A DNA stretch of 64,000 nucleotides from Acidimicrobiales bacterium (GCA_030747595.1 JASLKK010000001.1:242133-306132); one strand, 5' to 3'; positions 38,066 to 49,694 are shown, numbered from the stretch's first letter. Made by a program: numbers and translations. Notes: a model not told the origin generated them from the sequence alone.

Positions 38066-38746
38066 ATGCTGGACGGCAGTTGGCGCACCGTGGTGGATCG
38101 CGGTCTCACGCCCATTGGTCAGAGCCTGCAACGGGCCGGGATCTCAGCGGACGTCGTCACGGTCGTCGGCATCCTCATGGCGTCCGGGGCCTCGGTGGCC
38201 ATTGGCATGGGCAACTTGCGTCTCGGATTCATGCTGCTGGTGCTGACCGGGGTGCCCGATGCACTCGATGGGGCAGTGGCCAAGGCCGCAGGAACGGCGT
38301 CATCCCGCGGCGCCTACTTCGATTCCGTGGCCGACCGGCTCACCGACGCCCTCCTCTTCGGTGGCGTGGCGTGGCATCTGGCCACCGTTCGCACCGACCG
38401 GATGATGATGTTGCCGGTGGCCATCATGGCCACGGCCATGTTCATCTCCTACCAGCGAGCCAAGGCCGAGTCGCTGGGCTACGACGCCAAGGGCGGGCTC
38501 ATGGAGCGCGCCGAGCGGTTCATCGTCCTGGCCTTCGGTCTGCTCTTCTTCGAGATCCTCGTTCCCGTGCTCTGGGTGATGCTGGCGCTCAGCCTGGTTA
38601 CCGCGGTGCAGCGGTTCGTGAAGGTGTGGCGTCAGGCCACCGCAGACCGGGAACTCCCGGCAGGCGGTTGGCCCGGCCGGCGCCGGCAGCTGCGGATGGA
38701 GCGTCGTCGACGTCACGGCGCCCCCACTCGGCCGAATCGCCACTGA
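38066..38746 (+). CDS. pgsA1: CDP-alcohol phosphatidyltransferase, phosphatidylinositol-phosphate synthase-like
   Basis: CDP-OH-P motif DALDGAVAKAAGTASSRGAYFDSVADRLTD (D-x2-DG-x2-AR...G-x3-D-x3-D). Lies immediately upstream of the patA-like and pimA genes, as in mycobacteria. Confidence 0.88.
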   Translation: MLDGSWRTVVDRGLTPIGQSLQRAGISADVVTVVGILMASGASVAIGMGNLRLGFMLLVLTGVPDALDGAVAKAAGTASSRGAYFDSVADRLTDALLFGGVAWHLATVRTDRMMMLPVAIMATAMFISYQRAKAESLGYDAKGGLMERAERFIVLAFGLLFFEILVPVLWVMLALSLVTAVQRFVKVWRQATADRELPAGGWPGRRRQLRMERRRRHGAPTRPNRH

Positions 38747-38762
38747 CGCCTCCACCTTCCGG

Positions 38763-39668
38763 TTGCTCATGACCCGGGGAATCGTCAATGCCTTCCGACT
38801 TGCTTCGGTGGTCGCGCGCGTGGTCCCTCCGGCGATCTCGTTGCCCGTTGCCCGGATGGTGGGTCGTATCGCCGGCTACCTCGACAGGGACCGTCGTCGA
38901 CTCGTTGAACGCAACCTGCGTCGGGTTCGTGGGCCGGAACTGACCGGCCGCCAACTGCGGCGATCAGTGGACCTGGTGTTCGCCTCGTACGCCGACTACT
39001 ACCTCCAGAGTTTCCGGCTGCCGTCAATGAGCGCCGAGGAGATTGTGTCCGGCTTCACCGAGGAGGGCTACGAGCGGATCGCCGAGGGGCTCGAGGCCGG
39101 TAACGGCGTCATCATGGCCATGCCACACCTCGGTAGCTGGGAGTGGGCTGCCCACTGGTTGACCCTCCACCACGGCGTTCCCGTGGGGTGCGTGGTCGAG
39201 TCGCTCGAGCCGCCGGAACTCTTCGACTGGTACCGGAGCTTCCGGGCGTCCCTTGGGATGAAGGTGGTGGGCCTCGGCCCGGGTGCCGGCACCGAGACCA
39301 TGGCCATGCTCCGCGAGAACCGGGCGGTGTGCCTGCCCAGTGACCGGCATGTCGGTGGCTCGGGCGTGGCGGTCGAGTTCTTCGGCGAGGTCACGATGCT
39401 GCCCGCCGGTCCGGCCACCCTGGCGCTGCGCACCGGGGCCGTCCTGTTGCCCATTGCCATCTACGACCACCCGGGCGGCTGCCACGGCGTGGTTCGCCCA
39501 CCGGTAGCGGCCCAACGCGAAGGTCGGCTACGTGACGATGTGGCCCGGGTGACCCGGGCGCTGGCCGCCGAACTGGAGGTACTGATCGCCGCCGAGCCCG
39601 AGCAGTGGCACCTCCTGCAACCCAACTGGCCGTCAGATCAGGAGGATTCGGCATGCGAATCGGCCTGA
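38763..39668 (+). CDS. patA: LPLAT/HtrB-family acyltransferase, phosphatidylinositol mannoside acyltransferase-like
   Basis: 301-aa ORF (TTG at 38763 or ATG at 38769). Contains MPHLGSWEWA, the HX4D/E-like acyltransferase region. Position between pgsA1 and pimA supports the call. Confidence 0.75.
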   Translation: MLMTRGIVNAFRLASVVARVVPPAISLPVARMVGRIAGYLDRDRRRLVERNLRRVRGPELTGRQLRRSVDLVFASYADYYLQSFRLPSMSAEEIVSGFTEEGYERIAEGLEAGNGVIMAMPHLGSWEWAAHWLTLHHGVPVGCVVESLEPPELFDWYRSFRASLGMKVVGLGPGAGTETMAMLRENRAVCLPSDRHVGGSGVAVEFFGEVTMLPAGPATLALRTGAVLLPIAIYDHPGGCHGVVRPPVAAQREGRLRDDVARVTRALAAELEVLIAAEPEQWHLLQPNWPSDQEDSACESA

Positions 39669-40726
39669 TCTGCCCGTACAGCCTGACGGTGCCCGGGGGA
39701 GTCCAGGGGCAGGTCCTGGGTCTGGCCCGGGTGCTGCGGGCCGCAGGCCATCCCACCCGCGTGCTGGGCCCCTGCGACGGTCCGCCGCCCGACGCCGGTG
39801 TCACCCCGCTGGGAGACAGCCTTCCAACGGCGGCCAACGGTTCGATGGCTCCCATTGCCCCGGACGTGTCGTGTGCGCTTCGCACCATTCGGGCGCTGCG
39901 TGATGAGGAATTCGACGTGCTCCACCTGCACGAGCCGTTGGCCCCCGGGCCGACCACCACGGCTCTCTTTCTGGCCCAGTCGCCCATGGTGGGGACATTT
40001 CACGCCGCAGGCGGGAGCCTCGCCTACGACCTCCTGAACCGCCCTGTCCGTTGGCTCAGCAGGCGAATGGACCGGGTGTTCGCCGTGTCTGATGATGCGG
40101 CCGCCATGGCTCGGGACTCACTGGGCGGGGATTACGAGGTCCTGTTCAACGGGGTGGAGGTCCGTCGGAGCCGGGAGGTCGCTCCGTGGCCCACCGAAGG
40201 CCCTACCGTCTTCTTCATCGGACGTCACGAGCCCCGCAAGGGCTTGGCGGTACTGCTGGACGCCATGGCCGGTCTAGGCGCCGACGTTCGCCTCTGGGTG
40301 GCCGGCGACGGTCCCGATACCGACGAGCTCCGAGCCCGGGTGGCCGGCGACGCCCGGGTCCAGTGGCTGGGCCGAATCTCCGACGAAGAGCGAACGGCGA
40401 GGATCCGCGGCGCGGACGTCTTCTGCGCGCCGTCGCTGCGTGGCGAATCGTTCGGCGTGGTGCTGCTCGAGGGGATGGCATGTGAGACCCCGGTGGTAGC
40501 CAGCGACATCCCGGGCTACGCCAAGGTGGCGCGTGGTGGTGACGATGCGCTGCTAGTCCCCGCAGGCGATGCCGAGGCGCTCGGCGCGGCCATCGCCAAG
40601 GTCCTCGCGGAACCGGCCCTCGCCACCCGGTTGGTGGTCAGCGGGCGGGAGCGAGCAGAGGAATTCTCGATGCATCGGCTGGCCGACAAGTACCTAGAGG
40701 CCTATTCCTCGGTGGCCGGCGCGTAA
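39653..40726 (+). CDS. pimA: Phosphatidyl-myo-inositol alpha-mannosyltransferase (GT4)
   Basis: Start at the ATG at 39653. MRIGLICPYSLTVPGGVQGQVLGLARVLRAAGH closely resembles the mycobacterial PimA N-terminus. C-terminal ESFGVVLLEGMACETPVVASD. Confidence 0.88.
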   Translation: MRIGLICPYSLTVPGGVQGQVLGLARVLRAAGHPTRVLGPCDGPPPDAGVTPLGDSLPTAANGSMAPIAPDVSCALRTIRALRDEEFDVLHLHEPLAPGPTTTALFLAQSPMVGTFHAAGGSLAYDLLNRPVRWLSRRMDRVFAVSDDAAAMARDSLGGDYEVLFNGVEVRRSREVAPWPTEGPTVFFIGRHEPRKGLAVLLDAMAGLGADVRLWVAGDGPDTDELRARVAGDARVQWLGRISDEERTARIRGADVFCAPSLRGESFGVVLLEGMACETPVVASDIPGYAKVARGGDDALLVPAGDAEALGAAIAKVLAEPALATRLVVSGRERAEEFSMHRLADKYLEAYSSVAGA

Positions 40727-40790
40727 CATGCGGGTCGGCCATCTGGTCCGTGTTGACCTTCGCTAGTCCGGCCATCAGTTCCTGAACAAC

Positions 40791-41567
40791 ATGTCCCGCC
40801 CCCGAACCAATCGAAGCCACCGTTCGCCCATGTCGCTGCTACGCCACCCGATCCTCGTGCCCGCCCTGCTCGTCAGCCTCTGCCTGATGGTCGTGGTCGC
40901 CCTGATCGGCCTCCCGCTGCCCGTCGCCGCCGTGATCGGCGTCCTCGTTGGGACAGGCATCACGGTGATGGTGACTCGACGGGCCGAGGGCATGCTCCGA
41001 CGCACCATCGGTGCCCGGACGGCCCATGCCGGTGAGTTCCCCCGACTGCACAACACCGTTGACGGTCTCTGTCTGACCCACGGGATCGACCGCCCGGACG
41101 TCTTCGTCCTGGATTCGCCGGCAGGAAATGCACTGGCCATGGCCGGGAGGGAAGGTGCATCGATCGTCCTGACCACCGGTGCAGCCGATCGCCTCACCCT
41201 CGTCGAACTCGAAGCCCTGGTCGCCCACCTGCTGGCGCGGTGTGCCGCTGACGAACTTCGTGGTGAGACCACGACAGTCGCACTCGGCCGGTTCTCCTTC
41301 GTGGGCCGGGGTATGGGCGGGTTCGGACGCTCGACGGCCGACGGCCCCGACCGCATGGTCCAAACGGACTTCGATGGCGCCGACCTGACCCGTTTCCCGC
41401 CGGGCATGCAAGAGGCGCTCCGAGGGCTGTCCGACCTCGGTGCGGCGGTCGATGCGCCGGCGTCGACGGCCCGGTTGTGGCTGCTGCAACCCGACGGCCG
41501 GACCGACGTGGCCACCGCGGACCATCCGGCGGTCGACGTGCGAATCGCCGCGTTGGCTGAGCGGTGA
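40791..41567 (+). CDS. M48/HtpX-like membrane protein with a degenerate zinc site (pseudo-protease)
   Basis: Two N-terminal TM helices. FVLDSPAGNALAMAGREGASIVLTTGAADRLTLVELEALVAHLLAR aligns by eye with the HtpX pattern ...NAFA.G....v..t.GL...l...ElegVlaHElsH. However, HExxH is replaced by HLLAR. Confidence 0.65.
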   Translation: MSRPRTNRSHRSPMSLLRHPILVPALLVSLCLMVVVALIGLPLPVAAVIGVLVGTGITVMVTRRAEGMLRRTIGARTAHAGEFPRLHNTVDGLCLTHGIDRPDVFVLDSPAGNALAMAGREGASIVLTTGAADRLTLVELEALVAHLLARCAADELRGETTTVALGRFSFVGRGMGGFGRSTADGPDRMVQTDFDGADLTRFPPGMQEALRGLSDLGAAVDAPASTARLWLLQPDGRTDVATADHPAVDVRIAALAER

Positions 41568-42793
41568 TGCTCCTACGAGGCGTCGCCACGCCGCGACCCG
41601 GCGTGGTCACGATGCGGTTGGGATCGCCTCTCCTCCGGGTCGGCCTGCTACTTGGACTGCTGGGCGCCGCCGGTTGCGGATTCGGGGGTGAAGCGAACGC
41701 CCCGGCGCCCACGCTGGGCACCATCGGGTCCACTGCTGTCGCCCCCGATGACACGTCCGCTACCGCCCCCGATACGGCCACCGATGGTGCCGCTGCCGAG
41801 GAGGAGTCGGGTGGCGATGCCATGCCGACCACCACGACCGGAATGCCGACCACCACGATCATCACGGGTTGGACCGGTGCGACCCATCCGCTCACCGGCC
41901 TGCCAGCCGTCGACGGGGTGGCCGACCGCCCGGCGTTGGCCGTCAAGATCGGCAACAACGACACCAAGTCGTTGCCGCAGATAGGCATCCAGTCCGCCGA
42001 CGTGGTCTACGAAACGCACATCGAGAACGGGGTGACGCGCTTCCTGGCCATCTTCCAGAGCGAGGTCCCGCTCACCGTGGGACTGGTCCGGTCGGCCCGA
42101 TCTAGCGACATCGACCTGATCGGCAACCTGAACCGCCCAGTCTTCGCCTACTGGGGCAGCAACCAGGGCGTAGGCGACGAGGTCGCCGAGGCGGAACGTC
42201 AGGGCACGTTCGTTCCCGTGAGCACCAACGGTGAGGGTCAGGCGTTTTTCTTCCGTGACAAGGCCCGGGGCGAAGCCCCCTACAACGGGTTCCTAGACGC
42301 TGCGGCGCTGGTGGCTTCGGCCCCTGGTGGCGCACCCGACGCCCTGTTCGATTTCGGCCCTTTGCCGTCCTCCGCGGTGACCACCAAGGGCATCGGATGG
42401 CGAACGCCCCGACGTGAGATCGACTGGGTCTGGGATCACGCCACCGCCCGCTGGCTGCGATTCCACCGCGGAGTGCCACTGCTCGACGAGACTGGCGTGC
42501 AGTTGGCCGCCGACAACGTGCTCGTCCTCTACGTGGACTACCGGACGTCAGATGCCGATCTGGAGTCGCCGCAGTCCATTACGACCGGATCCGGCGACGG
42601 CTGGTTGCTGCGGGACGGCACCATCACCGGCGTGACGTGGAGTCGACCGTTTATCGCCGACCGGTGGTCCCTGGCCGACGATGACACCGGCGACCGGGTG
42701 AATCTGCGAACAGGTCGCACCTGGGTGGCGCTGGCCCGACTGGGCGAGGGCATCCTGCTGGATCCGGAGCGCATTGCCGAACTTGTCGGCTGA
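41564..42793 (+). CDS. DUF3048 family lipoprotein
   Basis: The start (GTG at 41564 or ATG at 41567) overlaps or abuts the upstream stop. Lipobox LLGAAGC. Core [44 protein letters not shown], typical of DUF3048. Confidence 0.75.
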   Translation: MMLLRGVATPRPGVVTMRLGSPLLRVGLLLGLLGAAGCGFGGEANAPAPTLGTIGSTAVAPDDTSATAPDTATDGAAAEEESGGDAMPTTTTGMPTTTIITGWTGATHPLTGLPAVDGVADRPALAVKIGNNDTKSLPQIGIQSADVVYETHIENGVTRFLAIFQSEVPLTVGLVRSARSSDIDLIGNLNRPVFAYWGSNQGVGDEVAEAERQGTFVPVSTNGEGQAFFFRDKARGEAPYNGFLDAAALVASAPGGAPDALFDFGPLPSSAVTTKGIGWRTPRREIDWVWDHATARWLRFHRGVPLLDETGVQLAADNVLVLYVDYRTSDADLESPQSITTGSGDGWLLRDGTITGVTWSRPFIADRWSLADDDTGDRVNLRTGRTWVALARLGEGILLDPERIAELVG

Positions 42794-42852
42794 CCGCTCC
42801 GAAAACGATTCCGATACCCGCTCGTCGACCCACCCTTCCTAGACTCCGCGTC

Positions 42853-43743
42853 ATGAGTGACGTGACCCGGTCGACCGGAACCCAGTTGGTAAAGCGCGGA
42901 CTAGCCGAGATGCTCAAGGGCGGCGTGATCATGGACGTGGTCGACCCCGCCCAGGCCAAGATCGCCGAGGATGCCGGAGCGGTCGCGGTGATGGCGCTCG
43001 AGCGAGTGCCGTCCGACATCCGCCGGGACGGCGGTGTTGCCCGCATGTCTGATCCGGAGATGATCGAGGGCATCCAGGAGGTCGTGACCATCCCGGTGAT
43101 GGCCAAGGCCCGCATCGGCCACTTCGCCGAAGCACAGATCCTCCAGGCGCTCGGCGTGGACTACGTCGACGAGAGTGAGGTCCTCACGCCGGCTGACGAG
43201 GCCCACCACATTGACAAGTGGGCCTTCGACGTGCCGTTCGTATGCGGGGCGACCAACCTCGGTGAGGCGCTGCGACGGATCTCCGAGGGCGCCTGCCTGA
43301 TCCGGTCCAAGGGCGAGGCGGGTACCGGCAACATCGTCGAGGCGGTCCGCCACCTCCGGTCGATCCTCGGCGACATGCGTCGGATCACCCAGGCCGACCA
43401 GGCCGAACTGTTCGACTGGGCCAAGCGCCTACAGGCCCCGTTGCCCCTGGTGCAAGAGATCGCCGAGACCGGCGTCCTGCCGGTCCCCATGTTCTGCGCC
43501 GGTGGCATCGCCACGCCGGCCGACGCAGCATTGGTCATGCAGCTGGGTGCCCAGTCCGTCTTCGTGGGCTCGGGCATCTTCAAGAGCGACGATCCGGCGC
43601 CCCGTGCCCGGGCCATTGTCGAGGCGGCCACCAACTTTGAGGATCCGACCATGTTGGCCAAGGTCAGCCGAGGCCTTGGGAGCGCCATGCCGGGTCTGGA
43701 GATCGGCCAGCTGGAAACCCGCCTGGCTGATCGCGGCTGGTAG
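42853..43743 (+). CDS. pdxS: Pyridoxal 5'-phosphate synthase lyase subunit
   Basis: [31 protein letters not shown], and [10 protein letters not shown]. Confidence 0.97.
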   Translation: MSDVTRSTGTQLVKRGLAEMLKGGVIMDVVDPAQAKIAEDAGAVAVMALERVPSDIRRDGGVARMSDPEMIEGIQEVVTIPVMAKARIGHFAEAQILQALGVDYVDESEVLTPADEAHHIDKWAFDVPFVCGATNLGEALRRISEGACLIRSKGEAGTGNIVEAVRHLRSILGDMRRITQADQAELFDWAKRLQAPLPLVQEIAETGVLPVPMFCAGGIATPADAALVMQLGAQSVFVGSGIFKSDDPAPRARAIVEAATNFEDPTMLAKVSRGLGSAMPGLEIGQLETRLADRGW

Positions 43744-43789
43744 TCGACCGGTCACCCATGGCCACACACCTTCCCGTGAAAATCGGGCG

Positions 43790-44365
43790 ATGAAGGTCGG
43801 GGTCCTGGCCCTCCAGGGGGCATTCGTACGTCACATCCAGGCGCTGGACGACCTGGGCGCTGCGGCCACTGAGGTACGAACCGTGGGAGAACTGTCCGCC
43901 GTGGATGCCCTGGTGCTGCCGGGAGGCGAGTCCACGACCATGTCGATGCTGCTCGACTCGTCGGGCCTGCGAACAGCGGTGGCCGAGCGGATCGACGGAG
44001 GGATGCCGGTCCTGGGTACCTGCGCCGGGATGATCCTGCTGGCCAGTCACGTGGCCGATGGTCGCCCGGACCAACGGTCGTTCGCGGCGATCGACATCGA
44101 CGTCCGACGCAACGGCTACGGCAGACAGGTGGACTCCTTCGAATCCGACCTGGACGTGACCGGTCTGGACGAGCCCTTCCACGGGGTGTTCATTCGGGCC
44201 CCGGTGGTCGACCGGGTGGGCAATGGTGTCGAGGTGCTGGCCTCCGTGGACGGTCGACCCGTGTTATGCAGCCAGGGTTCGGTCGTGGTGACATCCTTCC
44301 ATCCTGAGATGTCCGGAGACGGACGGATCCACGGGAAGTTCCTGGACATGGCGTTCGCCGCCTGA
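43790..44365 (+). CDS. pdxT: Pyridoxal 5'-phosphate synthase glutaminase subunit
   Basis: Start at the ATG at 43790 (MKVGVLALQGAF). Contains LPGGESTT, GTCAGMILL, and FIRAP...SFHPE. Confidence 0.93.
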   Translation: MKVGVLALQGAFVRHIQALDDLGAAATEVRTVGELSAVDALVLPGGESTTMSMLLDSSGLRTAVAERIDGGMPVLGTCAGMILLASHVADGRPDQRSFAAIDIDVRRNGYGRQVDSFESDLDVTGLDEPFHGVFIRAPVVDRVGNGVEVLASVDGRPVLCSQGSVVVTSFHPEMSGDGRIHGKFLDMAFAA

Positions 44366-44427
44366 CCAGCCACTGGTGGACGAACCGCCTGGTTGCAACA
44401 AGTAGACGAGACGAGACGGAGGGCGAC

Positions 44428-45177
44428 ATGTCGGGCCATTCCAAGTGGGCGACCATCAAGCACAAGAAGGGCGCTGCGGACGCCAAGCGCGGCAAGCTCT
44501 TCGCCAAGCTCATCAAGCAGGTCGAGGTGTCGGCCCGCCAAGGCGGAGGCGACCCGGACTCCAACCCGACGCTACGGACCATGTTCCAGAAGGCTCGTGA
44601 CGCATCGGTGCCGCTCGACACCATCGAACGGGCCGTCAAGCGCGGTACCGGTGAACTTGAAGGAGTCGACTACGAGACCATCACCTACGAGGGGTACGCC
44701 CCCCACGGTGTAGCGCTCTACGTGGAGACCCTGACCGACAACCGGAACCGGACCGGCTCGGAGGTTCGTTCCCTCCTGACCAAGAACGGTGGTTCGCTGG
44801 CCGAGCCCGGATCGGTGGCCTGGCAGTTCGATCGCAAGGGGGTGGTCCTGCTGGCCGGCTCAGTCGACGAGGACGAAATCATGGTCGCCGCGCTGGATGC
44901 CGGAGCCGAGGACCTGATCGACGATGACGGGACCTGGCGCTTGACGTGCGAGGCCACCGACCTCCCATCTGTCCGTGACGCCCTCGAGGCAGCCGAGGTG
45001 CCGTTCCTGAACGCCGACGTGGCGATGCTGGCCACCACGTCAGTGGCCCTGGATTCCGTCGACCAGGCCAGGGCTGTGCTCCGGGTCATGGACCTTCTGG
45101 ATGACAACGACGACGTCCAGGACGTGCACGCCAACTTCGACATCTCCGCCGAGATCCTCGAGGAACTCGACGACTGA
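44428..45177 (+). CDS. yebC: YebC/PmpR family DNA-binding transcriptional regulator
   Basis: MSGHSKWATIKHKKGAADAKRGKLFAKL is diagnostic. Confidence 0.95.
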   Translation: MSGHSKWATIKHKKGAADAKRGKLFAKLIKQVEVSARQGGGDPDSNPTLRTMFQKARDASVPLDTIERAVKRGTGELEGVDYETITYEGYAPHGVALYVETLTDNRNRTGSEVRSLLTKNGGSLAEPGSVAWQFDRKGVVLLAGSVDEDEIMVAALDAGAEDLIDDDGTWRLTCEATDLPSVRDALEAAEVPFLNADVAMLATTSVALDSVDQARAVLRVMDLLDDNDDVQDVHANFDISAEILEELDD

Positions 45178-45234
45178 TCGGCCGGCGGAAGGGATGCACC
45201 GGTCGTCGGGGCGGCCACCGCTAGAGTCGTACAC

Positions 45235-45741
45235 ATGTTCGTTCTGGGGGTTGACCCGGGTCTGACCCGTTGTGGCTACGGCGTCGTGTCGCGCACCGGG
45301 CGTCGCCTCGAAGCCGTGGCCGCCGGAGTGATCCGGACCGACCCGGGGGCCGACACGGCAGTTCGTCTGGCCGAGCTTCATCGCGAGGTGGCGGCACTGA
45401 TCGACGAGTACCGACCCGACGAGGTGGCCGTCGAGCGGGTCCTCTTCCAAGTCAACGTCCGTACCGCCATGCAGACGGGACAGGCCTCGGGAGTCGCCAT
45501 GGCTGCCGCGGCGACCGCCGGTTGTCCGGTGACGCTCTATTCGCCGAACGAGGTGAAGGACGCAGTGGCCGGCTGGGGCGCCGCCGACAAAGACCAGATG
45601 GAACAGATGGTCCGGGGCCAACTCGGCTTGACCACACCGTTGCGCCCGGTCGACGCCGCCGATGCCGTGGCCGTGGCCCTCTGCCATCTGGCCATGGTGC
45701 CGCCCAGTCGTCGGGTGACGGTCGCCGGTGCTGGTCGATGA
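45235..45741 (+). CDS. ruvC: Crossover junction endodeoxyribonuclease RuvC
   Basis: VLGVDPGLTRCGYGVV, and C-terminal DAADAVAVALCH. Confidence 0.93.
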   Translation: MFVLGVDPGLTRCGYGVVSRTGRRLEAVAAGVIRTDPGADTAVRLAELHREVAALIDEYRPDEVAVERVLFQVNVRTAMQTGQASGVAMAAAATAGCPVTLYSPNEVKDAVAGWGAADKDQMEQMVRGQLGLTTPLRPVDAADAVAVALCHLAMVPPSRRVTVAGAGR

Positions 45742-46331
45742 TCGGGTCGCTGAGAGGTCGACTGCTGGAACGCTTCGGAGAGGGCGAGGTCCTCATCGAG
45801 GTGGCAGGTGTCGGCTACCGGGTGGTCGTCACCCCAACCACCGCAGTCCGGTTGGGCGATGTGGGCGGCGATGTGTTCGTCCACGTCCACCATCACTTCC
45901 GGGAGGCCGACCAGACGCTGTACGGCTTCCTCGAGCGTGACGAACGCGCCTGCTTTGAGGCACTCCTCTCGGCTCACGGAGTCGGGCCGTCGCTGGCTCT
46001 CGCGGTGCTAGGCGTACACGGGCCTGGAGAGTTGGCCCGTCTCTTGGCCGATGACGACGTGGCTGCCCTCTGTCTCGTTCCCGGTGTCGGAAAGAAGACC
46101 GCCACCCGGCTACTGGTCGAACTCAAGGACTCGCTCGACCTGCCGTTGGATGGGATTTTGGACGGCGGTGAGGGGCCGGGCGTACCCCGATCGGCAGTGG
46201 CCGAGGTCCAAGATGCTCTCGGTGGCCTTGGGTACACCCCGGATGAGGTCCGGTCGGTGCTGGCCGACCTGGGTGGCGACGATCCGGCGATCCTGTTACG
46301 CGAGGCCCTCCAGCGCCTCGCCCGGGCCTAG
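45738..46331 (+). CDS. ruvA: Holliday junction branch migration complex subunit RuvA
   Basis: The ATG at 45738 overlaps the ruvC stop (ATGA). MIGSLRGRLLE...VAGVGYRV, and LCLVPGVGKKTATRL (HhH). Confidence 0.92.
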   Translation: MIGSLRGRLLERFGEGEVLIEVAGVGYRVVVTPTTAVRLGDVGGDVFVHVHHHFREADQTLYGFLERDERACFEALLSAHGVGPSLALAVLGVHGPGELARLLADDDVAALCLVPGVGKKTATRLLVELKDSLDLPLDGILDGGEGPGVPRSAVAEVQDALGGLGYTPDEVRSVLADLGGDDPAILLREALQRLARA

Positions 46332-46360
46332 GTCCGGACGCGGGTCGGGGCAGGTCGGTC

Positions 46361-47407
<1,047 letters not shown>

Positions 47408-47463
47408 ACCGACGTTCGGCGGTCGGAACTCCACGGGCCGTGGCTCCCTAGGCTTGCCGACCC

Positions 47464-48573
47464 ATGGGGCCCGACGATTTCGACTACGACCTCCCGGCGT
47501 CGGCCATAGCCCAGGAGCCGCTGGCCGACCGCTCGGCGGCCCGGCTGCTGGACGCCACCGGCCCCTCGGTCGTTCATAGAACAGTGAGGGACCTGCCCTC
47601 GCTCCTCGGGCCCGCAGACATCTTGGTTCTCAACAACACGAGGGTCCTGCCGGCACGACTGCGCCTCAGGCGACCCACCGGCGGTGCCGCCGAGGTCCTG
47701 TTGTTGCATCCGGTCGACGAACATCGTGCCCAGCAGCTGGATCCCCAGAACCCGGACGACCTTCGTCAGGATGGCCATCTCTGGGAGGCACTGGTTCGGC
47801 CCAGTCGTCGACTACCCGACGGTGTCGTCCTGACCCCCGACGGACCCAACATCGAGGGATTAGCCGGATTGGCCGTCGAGGTGGGCGCCGATCTGGGCGA
47901 GGGGCGCCGTCATGTCCGGATCCGGACCGGCGACGATGATCTTGAGGCTGCCCTGGATCGGTACGGCGAGATGCCGCTCCCGCCGTACCTCACCACCGTG
48001 CTGGCAGACCCGGAGCGTTACCAGACGGTGTTCAGTGACCGGCCGGCGTCGGCCGCCGCTCCCACCGCCGGCCTGCATCTGACCGACGACGTCCTGGAAC
48101 GCTGCCGATCGGCAGGAGCACGCGTCGAGTACCTCGAACTGGTGGTGGGCCTGGACACGTTCCGACCGGTGACCGTGGGCGACTTCGACGACCACCGGAT
48201 GCACCACGAGCGTTACCAGGTGGCCCCGGAGGTGATCGAGGCCTGTCTGGCGGCCCGCCGCAACGGCGGACGGGTGGTGGCGACGGGCACCACCACGGTC
48301 CGGGCACTGGAATCCGCGGCCCGGTTCGGCCCCGCTGGATCGACGGACCTGTTCATCCGGCCCCCCTTCGAGTTCCAGATGGTGGATGCCCTGATGACGA
48401 ACTTCCACCTGCCACGGTCCACGCTTCTGGTCATGCTCGAAGCGTTCGCAGGGACAAGGTGGCGCGACCTCTATCGGGGAGCCCTCAACGACGGGTACCG
48501 CTTCCTCTCGTTCGGGGACGCCATGCTGGTGGCCCGCACCGCGACGGATCTACCGGGGGAGACAGACCGGTGA
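47464..48573 (+). CDS. queA: S-adenosylmethionine:tRNA ribosyltransferase-isomerase
   Basis: FDYDLPASAIAQEPL, LVLNNTRVLPARL, GEMPLPPYL, and FRFLSFGDAML. Confidence 0.93.
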   Translation: MGPDDFDYDLPASAIAQEPLADRSAARLLDATGPSVVHRTVRDLPSLLGPADILVLNNTRVLPARLRLRRPTGGAAEVLLLHPVDEHRAQQLDPQNPDDLRQDGHLWEALVRPSRRLPDGVVLTPDGPNIEGLAGLAVEVGADLGEGRRHVRIRTGDDDLEAALDRYGEMPLPPYLTTVLADPERYQTVFSDRPASAAAPTAGLHLTDDVLERCRSAGARVEYLELVVGLDTFRPVTVGDFDDHRMHHERYQVAPEVIEACLAARRNGGRVVATGTTTVRALESAARFGPAGSTDLFIRPPFEFQMVDALMTNFHLPRSTLLVMLEAFAGTRWRDLYRGALNDGYRFLSFGDAMLVARTATDLPGETDR

Positions 48574-49679
48574 GAGCCGAGTTCACCGAGTCGGCGATCG
48601 ACGGAGGCGCACGTTCCGGCACGGTTCGGGTGCCCGGGGGAACGTTCCGGACCCCATGCTTCATGCCGGTCGGAACGAGGGGAGCGGTACGGCACCTCTC
48701 ATCGGTCGATCTGGCCGAACTGGGAGCCGAGGTGGTCCTCGGAAACACGTACCACCTGATGCTGCGACCGGGTGCCGAGGTGATCCGGGCACACGGGGGA
48801 CTGGGCGCCTTCGCCGGTTGGGAGGGGCTCACCCTCACCGACTCAGGTGGCTACCAGATCTTCTCGCTGAAGCCGAAGGTCGATGACCAGGGCGCCACCT
48901 TTCGATCGACCTATGACGGGTCCACCCACGTGCTCACCCCGGAGGGGGCAGCCGAAGTCCAAGCCGACCTGGGAGCTGACATCCAGATGGTCCTGGACGT
49001 GTGTCCTGCCCTGCCGGCAACGGAGAAGGTCCTCCGGGCCGCGGTAGTCCGCACCGCGACATGGGCCGGCCGGGGCCGTCGGGCCTTCCTGGAACACCCG
49101 GATGCCGCTGGCCGGCAGAGCCAGTTCGGCATCGTGCAGGGAGGCACCGACACCGGTCTGCGGATAGAGAGCGCCGAGCGGACCCTCGAGGTGGGTTTCG
49201 ACGGCTACGCGGTGGGTGGTCTCAGCGTGGGAGAGACCCGTGACCAGATGCTGGAGCCCCTGGCTGCGGTGACGAGTTTGCTTCCGGCCGACCAACCGCG
49301 CTACTTCATGGGTCTCGGGGACCCGGCGGGCCTCGTCGAGGTGGTGGCGGCCGGGATCGACATGTTCGACTGCGTCCTGCCCACCCGGCACGCGCGGCAC
49401 GGGACAGTGCTGACCACTGCTGGACGTCTCAACCTGCGAAACGCCCGGTTTGCCACCGACGATTCGCCCCTGGATCCCGCTTTCCCGGCCAGCCCGGCTG
49501 GGCGGTGGTCCAGGGCTTACCTGCGACACCTCCTGATGACCGACGAACCCACCGGTGGTCGGCTCCTCTCGATGCACAACCTGGCCTGGTTGCTGGACTT
49601 CGTGGATCGTCTCCGGGCATCCATCGAGGCCGGAACGTTCGAGGCGTTCCGGAGCGACACCCTGACCGTCTGGGGTTAG
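48570..49679 (+). CDS. tgt: Queuine tRNA-ribosyltransferase
   Basis: The GTG at 48570 overlaps the queA stop (GTGA). RTPCFMPVGT, LGNTYHL, DSGGYQ, GIVQGG, GYAVGGLSVGE, and MFDCVLPTR. Confidence 0.95.
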   Translation: MRAEFTESAIDGGARSGTVRVPGGTFRTPCFMPVGTRGAVRHLSSVDLAELGAEVVLGNTYHLMLRPGAEVIRAHGGLGAFAGWEGLTLTDSGGYQIFSLKPKVDDQGATFRSTYDGSTHVLTPEGAAEVQADLGADIQMVLDVCPALPATEKVLRAAVVRTATWAGRGRRAFLEHPDAAGRQSQFGIVQGGTDTGLRIESAERTLEVGFDGYAVGGLSVGETRDQMLEPLAAVTSLLPADQPRYFMGLGDPAGLVEVVAAGIDMFDCVLPTRHARHGTVLTTAGRLNLRNARFATDDSPLDPAFPASPAGRWSRAYLRHLLMTDEPTGGRLLSMHNLAWLLDFVDRLRASIEAGTFEAFRSDTLTVWG

Positions 49680-49694
49680 GCACCGACGGGTGCC
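49679..49694 (+). terminator. Possible stem-loop directly after the tgt stop
   Basis: ggcacc-gacg-ggtgcc: a 6-bp stem with a tetraloop, starting at the last base of the TAG stop. There is no downstream U-tract, so this is weak. Confidence 0.25.
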
